32,000 nt of DNA from Dickeya dadantii NCPPB 898 (GTDB taxonomy: Bacteria > Pseudomonadota > Gammaproteobacteria > Enterobacterales > Enterobacteriaceae), in NCBI RefSeq assembly GCF_000406145.1, contig NZ_CM001976.1, positions 1,087,263-1,119,262 of the forward strand, in the 5' to 3' direction. Positions 26,092 through 32,000 of this stretch are shown here, one piece after another. The position numbers were made by a program, and so were the translations under genes. The notes under the pieces were generated by a model. It ran no database searches and had not been told where the DNA came from. It saw nothing but the letters and a program-made list of their open reading frames with translations. How positions within the stretch are numbered: position 1 is the stretch's first letter; every line of letters starts with the position of its first letter.

Positions 26092-27327
26092 TCACGGGTG
26101 CCTGAAGCCCCAAAATGTAAGATCGTCCCGTCTTCCCTGGGATCCCTGCCAGGTGTGATGGTGTTGTAATAGTTGGTTTGCCAGCGCGCTCATGGGTAAT
26201 TCCCTGACGCGTTGCAGCAGGTTTTGCAGGCGGCGTTTGCCGAATTTGATTTGTCGCTCGCCGCCGATCTGATCGAGCAGACCATCGGTGGTGGAAAAGA
26301 ACAGGTCTTGCGGCGACAGCGGGCGCTGAAAGGCCGGCCAGCTGTAATCGTATGGTGTGTTGGTATAACCCACGCCCATGCGGTCGCTGTCGAGCGTCAG
26401 CAACTCGCCGCTTTGCGCATCGATCAGAAACGCCGTCATACGGGCGCTGGCCCAGTTGAGGGTCTGCTCGGCGGTATTCACGTACACCACCAGCGCGTCG
26501 CAGCCGTCGTCGGAGGCCGTGGTTTGCCCTGGATAGCTGCTCTTTTGGCCCAGCGTGTCCTTGATATAACGATTGATGCCGCTGAGTAATCGCCCCGGCT
26601 GGTCCGGGCGGTGTTGCGTCAGCGCCTGCTCCAGCGCCGAGTTGAAAATCAGCGTCATGAAGGCGCCGGGCACGCCATGACCGGTACAGTCGGCGAGCAC
26701 CGCCAGCCAGCCGTGTTCATAGCGCCTGAAGGCATAGCAGTCGCCCCCGACGCAGTCGCGCGGTTCCCAGACCAGGCACCAGTCTTTCAGCGTGTCGGCC
26801 AGCGTTTGCCGGAACGGCGTGAGCATCGCCCCCTGAATCACGCTGGCATATTCTATACTTTGTACGATGTGCTGATGCTGGCGGACGTGGGTGTCCGACA
26901 CGATGCGGAACAGATCGATACCCAGGCCGATGCCGAGGTAACGGCCGTTTTCGGTAATAATGAAGCCATCGGCCAGAAAGCGGTCGCCGCTGATTACCGC
27001 CTTGTCCGCCACATCGCTCAACGAGGCGCCGGCTTCGACGATCAGCGGGGTTTTATCCATGAAAGCGATACAGCTTTTTCGGTCATACAGTTCGCGGTAG
27101 TAAGGGCGGGCCATTTGCGACAGGAAACTGTGACGGTTGATCAGGCCGAACGGCCGTCCGTCTTCCACTACCGGCAGGCTAACCAGATCTTTGTGGCGGC
27201 TGAACAGGTGCAATACGGTGGCGTTATCAGTGGTGGGAGACACATCCGGCGTGGTGATACACAAGTCGCGTGCACTTGGGAAAGAAACGCAGCGTAACCG
27301 ATGTTCCTGTGGCGGTAAGGCACTCAT
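26092..27327 (-). CDS. siaA: CBS-pair plus PP2C/SpoIIE-type protein phosphatase (SiaA-like catalytic domain)
   Basis: 411 aa. Residues about 20-145 look like tandem CBS motifs (LPVVEDGRPFGLINRHSF...; DGFIITENGRYLGIG). Residues about 160-411 carry SpoIIE/PP2C signatures (IEYASVIQGAML, GGDCYAF, ADCTGHGVPGAFMT, RRDDLTFWGFR). No hydrophobic transmembrane segment is visible. Confidence 0.8.
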   Translation of the reverse strand: MSALPPQEHRLRCVSFPSARDLCITTPDVSPTTDNATVLHLFSRHKDLVSLPVVEDGRPFGLINRHSFLSQMARPYYRELYDRKSCIAFMDKTPLIVEAGASLSDVADKAVISGDRFLADGFIITENGRYLGIGLGIDLFRIVSDTHVRQHQHIVQSIEYASVIQGAMLTPFRQTLADTLKDWCLVWEPRDCVGGDCYAFRRYEHGWLAVLADCTGHGVPGAFMTLIFNSALEQALTQHRPDQPGRLLSGINRYIKDTLGQKSSYPGQTTASDDGCDALVVYVNTAEQTLNWASARMTAFLIDAQSGELLTLDSDRMGVGYTNTPYDYSWPAFQRPLSPQDLFFSTTDGLLDQIGGERQIKFGKRRLQNLLQRVRELPMSALANQLLQHHHTWQGSQGRRDDLTFWGFRHP

Positions 27328-27770
27328 TGTCTTGTCTTTCTGGGAAAATAAGCTACCGCCACGGTAACAGCGATAGATGACGAAAACATGACAGGTCGCT
27401 GAAATGCTAAGGAATTGTCAGGTTTATCTTTACACTCATGACTAAATATTGCTGACGTGGTCGTTTCATGAGCGTTTTTATGCCTTTTTCGTATTAATAA
27501 AAAAATAAATTGGCCGATATATTTTAGAGGTAGGTCTGTCTTTTCTATTCCGTGAATGCTGTGCGAAAAATGAGACTGCACCGTGTGGTTCGTCAACCAC
27601 TCTTCTATTTCCTGATAGCTTTGGATGGCATGAATTTGTTTAGCCGTCCTGCTTCATACTCGCTTTGGCGGGTGTGCTGTTTTTCTTCCGGTGTGCAGGT
27701 GTTGGTGCGTCGTAATAAATCAGTGCCCTTAGAGGCATGCTATCGTTAAAAAATAAAAAGGAGTGACATC

Positions 27771-28367
27771 GTGGCCATATCAGGTATTCAGAGTCAAAAC
27801 ATTACGTCTTCTTATCCTCAGTCGACTTATGTCGCCAATAGCAGTCTTGGTCTTGGGGATAACGCCGGCGGTGATGCTGTTGGAACCAATAAATCCGGTT
27901 CCCTTAAAACCGGCAAAATGAATGATTCGCTAAATAATCAATTCGCGGATAACAATTCCGGCGATACTATTGATGTGGGCGATCGTACTAAATCGCTGGA
28001 TGATAGACTGACTAAAGAAAAACTTCAGAAACAGCAGAGCGAATCTTCCGTTGAGCGCTCACTGCGGATGACCGGTATCCCGCTTTATGGCGGTGTGCTG
28101 GTTTCCGTGGTGAAATATCCGGATGGCCAAAGCGAAAGTTATAACGTATTTACCGGTAAACGTATTACGTCCACTGATGCGAGCCTGATTGGCTCCCGTA
28201 CGCAAGCCGGCAATGCCGAGTTTGGTTATTATAGCCAGGGCTTATATAGCGGTATGTCGGCGGCCGAAGTTTACGAGAAAATACAGCAGTTGATGGGCGC
28301 GCATTCCGGCGAGGCTTCCTGGACGATGCTGCCGGGCAGCGGAAGTGAATTGCCGCAATCAAGTTGA
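27771..28367 (+). CDS. Hypothetical protein, Cys-free, with Ser/Gly/Asn-rich N-terminal half
   Basis: A GTG start at 27771 lies 7 nt after a strong AAGGAG. The 198-aa ORF has AT-rich flanks and no signal peptide, no transmembrane segment and no cysteine. I recognise no family. Confidence 0.55.
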   Translation: MAISGIQSQNITSSYPQSTYVANSSLGLGDNAGGDAVGTNKSGSLKTGKMNDSLNNQFADNNSGDTIDVGDRTKSLDDRLTKEKLQKQQSESSVERSLRMTGIPLYGGVLVSVVKYPDGQSESYNVFTGKRITSTDASLIGSRTQAGNAEFGYYSQGLYSGMSAAEVYEKIQQLMGAHSGEASWTMLPGSGSELPQSS

Positions 28368-28419
28368 TGTGTAAAAAAATAATCGACGCTATTTTTGTTA
28401 TTTAAAAAAATATCAACGG

Positions 28420-28436
28420 CCTGATAAATTATCAGG
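28420..28436. other. 17-nt perfect palindrome CCTGATAA-A-TTATCAGG downstream of the hypothetical gene
   Basis: Read directly. A T-rich tract follows within about 10 nt, so it could be a weak terminator hairpin (6-bp stem, 5-nt loop) or a dimeric protein site. Confidence 0.4.
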
Positions 28437-28476
28437 TAGTTAATTATTTTTATGCTTTTCCTTTTATGTTTTTCTT

Positions 28477-29358
28477 TTATGTCTTCCCTTTTTTCAGTCT
28501 TTCCAGCACCAGGCGTAGCGCCTTATTCAGTGGTTTATCCTGTCGCATAACAATAGCCAGTGTTCGGCTCAACGTCGGATTCAGCGGTCGGATATGAAAC
28601 ATTGACGCCGGCATGTCAGAACCCACCGACATTTTCGGTATGATGCTGTATCCCAGCCCGGCCAGTACCATTTCTTTGAGTGCTTCGATACTACCCAACT
28701 CCATTACCGGTTGCGGTTGTGTGCCTGCATCGTTGAACCAGCGGTCAATCAACGTGCGGGTGCTGCTGCCGCGCTCGAATAGAATAAGCGGCCGGGTATG
28801 CAGAAACGCCGGCGAGATGCTTTCGGGGAAGGTGGGGTCGTTGCTGATGGCGACCAGTTCGTCTTCCATCACCGGCGTAACCGCGACGTTGGCGCTGGGG
28901 ATGGGCAGGGTCACCAGCCCAACATCGATGCGGTTGTCAATCACCGCCTGAATGATGTCGCGGGTATTGCCGGTGCGCACCCCCACCGTTAGCCGGGGGT
29001 AGTCCTGTCGCAACTGGCGCAGTAACGGCGGCATTAGGTGAATACAGGCCGTGGCGCCGGTGCCCAGAATCACATGCCCCATCACCTCTTCGGTATATTC
29101 GGCGATGGCCTGACGAGTTTCGCCCACCAACTGGCGAATCTGTTCCGCTTTGATTAACAGCGTAGCGCCCGCCGGCGTTGGCCGCAGGTTTTTACCGCTG
29201 CGTTCGGCCAGCCGTACGCCAAAATAGTGCTCCAGCTGGCGGAATTGCTGGCTGACGGCAGGCTGACTCAGATTGAGCCGGTTAGCCGCCGCGGAAAAAC
29301 TACCCTCCCGCATCACCGTGGTAAAGGTTTCCAGCAGTTCCAGATTCAACCTTGCCAT
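28477..29358 (-). CDS. LysR-family transcriptional regulator
   Basis: Start is taken at ATG 29358 (MARLNLELLETFTTVMREGSFSAAANRLNLSQPAVSQQFRQLEHYFGVRLAERS), which gives a LysR HTH plus an effector domain. It is divergent from the GNAT-MFS pair. Confidence 0.85.
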   Translation of the reverse strand: MARLNLELLETFTTVMREGSFSAAANRLNLSQPAVSQQFRQLEHYFGVRLAERSGKNLRPTPAGATLLIKAEQIRQLVGETRQAIAEYTEEVMGHVILGTGATACIHLMPPLLRQLRQDYPRLTVGVRTGNTRDIIQAVIDNRIDVGLVTLPIPSANVAVTPVMEDELVAISNDPTFPESISPAFLHTRPLILFERGSSTRTLIDRWFNDAGTQPQPVMELGSIEALKEMVLAGLGYSIIPKMSVGSDMPASMFHIRPLNPTLSRTLAIVMRQDKPLNKALRLVLERLKKGKT

Positions 29359-29371
29359 ATCAAACTTTCCT

Positions 29372-29386
29372 TTATGACGAGCATAA
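29372..29386. promoter_or_regulatory. Candidate LysR box (T-N11-A inverted repeat TTATG-ACGAG-CATAA)
   Basis: A perfect 5+5 inverted repeat with a 5-nt spacer lies 14 nt upstream of the LysR start, in the divergent intergenic region toward the GNAT gene. Confidence 0.35.
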
Positions 29387-29515
29387 GTGTTTGTGTCTGT
29401 TGCCGATATCGTATGCTGGTTATGCTGGCTGGAGTCCCGTTGCCGCACGCGTGGGTTTGTGCGGCAACGAGGCGCCGCCTAATCGCTAACTCGCTGTTCT
29501 GACAAGGATACACCA

Positions 29516-30046
29516 ATGAGCGCCATTGTAATTGAGGATGCCGGGGCGGAACATATCGCCGCCATCAGGGATATTTATGCTCACCATGTCCTGCATAGTC
29601 TCGCCACCTTTGAAACTGAGCCGCCCGATGAAGCGGAAATGCGCGACCGTTGGCAGAAAATCCGCGATGCCGGCTTGCCCTGGCTGGTGGCGACAGAAAA
29701 CAAACAGGTGCTGGGGTACTGCTATCTGGGGTTTTATCGTGCCCGTTATGCTTACCGTTTCACACTGGAGGATTCGATTTATCTGCATCCGGATCATCTG
29801 GGGAAAGGCGTCGGCAAGCGTTTGTTATCCGCCGCATTGTTACAGGCGGAACAACAAGGGCATCGCCAGGTGGTGTCGGTCGTTGCTGACAGCGGCAATC
29901 AGGCCTCGCTGCAATTACATTTGTCGCTGGGATTTGCGCAGGTAGGGATGTTGCGTTCGGTAGGAATGAAGCACGGGCGTTGGGTGGATACCGCATTGCT
30001 GCAACGAGCGCTGGGGGAAGGTGATGCCTCGTTGCCGCCTGTCTGA
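29516..30046 (+). CDS. GNAT N-acetyltransferase of the phosphinothricin / methionine-sulfoximine acetyltransferase (PAT/MddA) type
   Basis: The 176-aa ORF (IAAIRDIYAHHVLHSLATFETEPPDEAEMRDRW...LPWLVA......LGYCYLGFYRARYAYRFTLEDSIYLHPD.LGKGVGKRLL) is the typical PAT-family pattern. AAGGA precedes the ATG. Confidence 0.85.
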   Translation: MSAIVIEDAGAEHIAAIRDIYAHHVLHSLATFETEPPDEAEMRDRWQKIRDAGLPWLVATENKQVLGYCYLGFYRARYAYRFTLEDSIYLHPDHLGKGVGKRLLSAALLQAEQQGHRQVVSVVADSGNQASLQLHLSLGFAQVGMLRSVGMKHGRWVDTALLQRALGEGDASLPPV

Positions 30047-31235
30047 ATCCGCCGAACGTCGCCGGGTCACCGTCTGCATCGGCATGACTCAGTTGATTAA
30101 CTGGGGAACCGCGTTCTACCTGCCCGGCGTGTTTTGCGCCGCCATCGCGGCGGATCGTGGCTGGAGCCCGACGCTGGCGTTTTCCGGTGCCACGCTGGCG
30201 CTGGTAGTGATGGGGTGCCTGTCGCCTTACGCCGGCTGGTTGCTCGACCGGGTGGGCGGCCGGCGCGTGATGACGCTGGGCGCGGCCAGCAGCGCCGCCG
30301 GTTGTCTGCTGATGGCCGCCAGCACCGGTATGGCGGATTATTTTATCGCCTGGGTCATGCTGGGCGTCGGGATGCGGCTGTCGCTGTATGAAGCGGCCTT
30401 CGCCACGCTGGTCGCGCTGTATGGCGGCGAGGCCCGGCGCGCCATTTCGTTGGTCACGTTGTTTGGCGGCATTTCATCGTCCTTGTTCTGGCCGTTGGGC
30501 ATGACGTTGTTGAACAGATTGGGCTGGCGCTGGGGCGTGGCGATTTACGGCGTGATCGTGTTATCGGGCCTGCTGTGGTTGCGGGCGTTGCCGCAACCGG
30601 CGTCGCGGTTGTCGCCCCGGACAGAGGAACAGGCCCAAACCTCGCCGAGCGCGGGAACGCAGGCCGTCCTTCCCGCGGTGCTGTATGCGTTGCTGATGGC
30701 GTTGTTTAGTTTTCTGTCCGCCGGTATTTCCGCGCACCTGCTGGCGATACTGACCGGATTTGGCGTATCGGCTTCGCTGGGCGCGCTGTGGGGCGTGGGG
30801 CAGGTGTGCGCCCGGGTGGGCGATGTGCTGATGGGCGGGCGTATTCCGGCGTTGAAACTGAGTCTGTTTCTGGGGGCGGGGTTGCCGGTTTGTTTTCTGC
30901 TGGCGCTGTTGGGAGAGCAATCGCTGATAGCCGTGGTGCTGTTTGTCACCGGATATGGCGCGGCGAATGGACTCAGTACGCTGGTGAAGGCGGCATTGCC
31001 GCTGGAATTGTTCGGCCGGGCGCGTTACTCCTCCCGGATCGGGCTGTTGCTGACGCCGGGGTTCTTTTTTTCCGCCGCGGCGCCGTCGGTCTATGCGGCG
31101 CTCAGGATATCGATCGGCGATCGGGGCGTTCTGATGTTTTCTTTCGGCGTAGCCTGTCTGATCACCCTGACCGCGTTGTTGCTCTATCTGACGCGCCAGC
31201 GTACGGCGCAAGCGGTTCCGTTACCCGATGACTGA
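30021..31235 (+). CDS. MFS transporter, overlapping the GNAT gene's 3' end
   Basis: The 404-aa hydrophobic ORF starts at GTG 30021 or ATG 30024, preceded by GGGGGAAGG. It overlaps the GNAT stop (30046) by about 23-26 nt, which suggests translational coupling. Confidence 0.8.
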   Translation: MMPRCRLSESAERRRVTVCIGMTQLINWGTAFYLPGVFCAAIAADRGWSPTLAFSGATLALVVMGCLSPYAGWLLDRVGGRRVMTLGAASSAAGCLLMAASTGMADYFIAWVMLGVGMRLSLYEAAFATLVALYGGEARRAISLVTLFGGISSSLFWPLGMTLLNRLGWRWGVAIYGVIVLSGLLWLRALPQPASRLSPRTEEQAQTSPSAGTQAVLPAVLYALLMALFSFLSAGISAHLLAILTGFGVSASLGALWGVGQVCARVGDVLMGGRIPALKLSLFLGAGLPVCFLLALLGEQSLIAVVLFVTGYGAANGLSTLVKAALPLELFGRARYSSRIGLLLTPGFFFSAAAPSVYAALRISIGDRGVLMFSFGVACLITLTALLLYLTRQRTAQAVPLPDD

Positions 31236-31249
31236 TTTCGCGGGCGTCT

Positions 31250-31280
31250 CCGTCAGGGCGTAAGCGTTACGCCCTGACGG
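31250..31280. terminator. Perfect 14-bp-stem hairpin between convergent MFS genes
   Basis: CCGTCAGGGCGTAA (31250-31263) pairs with TTACGCCCTGACGG (31267-31280) around a 3-nt loop. No U tract is present on either strand. Confidence 0.55.
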
Positions 31281-31291
31281 GAAACGTGCAG

Positions 31292-32000
31292 TTAGCGCTG
31301 GCGTTGCTGTGCCTGCCACAGCGCCAGCACGCTCAGCAGCGCCGTGATCATCAGGTAGTAACTCGGCGCCAGGCTGCTGCCGGTGGCGCTGATCAGCAAC
31401 GTACAGATGAACGGCGCGAAGCCGCCGAACACCGTCACCGCCACGTTGTAGCTGATCGCCATGCCGCTGGCGCGGGTGGAGATCGGGAACAGATCGGCCA
31501 TCATCGACGGCACGGTGGAGAAGTACACCGACTTCAACAGCGCCATCCAGCCCACCACCACAATCAGCGACGTGGCCGACAGATACTGCGTCATCAGCCA
31601 GAACGCCGGGTAGATGGTGACCGCCAGCAACAGCAGCGACCCCCACATCAGCGGCAATCGGCCGACTTTTTCCGCCCACAGCCCGACCAGCGGCGTGACC
31701 ACCGTCAGGATGATGCCGGCGATCAGCGTGGCGCTGAAGGCGGTGCCGGACGGCAGGTGCAGCGTCTTGGTGGCGTAAGTAGGAACATAGTTCAGCATGT
31801 AGTTGATGGCGGTGGAAATCACCATCAGGCCGACCGCAATCAGAAACAGCGCTTTCTGCCGGGTAAACAGGATTTTGATCGGCGCATGGCTTTTCTCGGC
31901 CTGTTCGAAGCCTGCCGGTTCATGCACGTGGCGGCGGATATACAAGCCCACCGGCCCGATCAGCAGACCGAAGGCGAACGGGATACGCCAGCCCCACTCC
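31292..32000 (-). CDS. MFS transporter of the metabolite:H+ symporter (MHS; ProP/KgtP/ShiA-like) type, C-terminal part (5' end beyond the right edge)
   Basis: The frame stays open to the window edge. Reverse translation of 31952-31999 gives EWGWRIPFAFGLLIGP, then VGLYIRRHV... The WGWRIPF motif and six further helices are typical of the C-terminal half of MHS transporters. The track's M at 31951 is an internal GTG. Confidence 0.8.
   Translation of the reverse strand, partial: EWGWRIPFAFGLLIGPVGLYIRRHVHEPAGFEQAEKSHAPIKILFTRQKALFLIAVGLMVISTAINYMLNYVPTYATKTLHLPSGTAFSATLIAGIILTVVTPLVGLWAEKVGRLPLMWGSLLLLAVTIYPAFWLMTQYLSATSLIVVVGWMALLKSVYFSTVPSMMADLFPISTRASGMAISYNVAVTVFGGFAPFICTLLISATGSSLAPSYYLMITALLSVLALWQAQQRQR

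Noticed and set aside
27324-27596. A 90-aa minus-strand ORF whose TGA overlaps the SiaA-like ATG in an ATGA arrangement, which looks like translational coupling.
   Set aside because: It lies in AT-rich leader DNA, and the sequence (His/Ser/Lys/Phe-rich) has no recognisable fold or hydrophobic pattern. No equivalent gene is known upstream of siaA, and the ATGA overlap can arise by chance. It could be revisited with ribosome profiling.

Overview
This is an enterobacterial chromosomal segment with roughly high-50s % GC. The gene order and protein sequences look like Enterobacterales, possibly a plant-associated Pectobacteriaceae-like organism, but I cannot confirm the taxon without a database search. 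All family calls come from reading the supplied translations against motifs I remember. No BLAST or HMM search was run.

Positions 1-8342 are a conserved housekeeping block: dnaE (3' end), accA, yaeR, tilS, rof, yaeP, yaeQ, an NlpE-like lipoprotein and a convergent mutS.

From about 8.3 kb onward the window is a mosaic of accessory cassettes rich in regulators and transporters:
- a MarR / NAD(P) oxidoreductase / frameshifted nitroreductase operon
- an AraC regulator with a divergent periplasmic PEBP protein
- a LysR-controlled operon pairing a DSD1-like PLP enzyme with an ornithine-cyclodeaminase-family enzyme
- several MFS transporters
- yjdM (phnA)
- a SiaABCD-like module (PP2C phosphatase, kinase, DUF1987 phosphoprotein, GGDEF cyclase)
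- an orphan Cys-free protein
- a LysR / PAT-type GNAT / MFS cassette
- a truncated MHS-type MFS gene at the right edge

The most interesting region is about 17.45-23.57 kb. An AT-rich, repeat-bearing 1-kb control region precedes two paralogous isocyanide-synthase (PvcA/IsnA/DIT1-type) genes. The first carries a five-fold 21-nt repeat tail and is translationally coupled to a HAD phosphatase. The second is fused in frame to a TauD/PvcB-type Fe(II)/2-oxoglutarate dioxygenase. A convergent MFS exporter follows. I read this as a candidate isonitrile natural-product cluster whose architecture differs from the characterised isnAB, pvcABCD and rhabduscin loci.

I recognised no rRNA, tRNA, CRISPR array, transposase or integrase.
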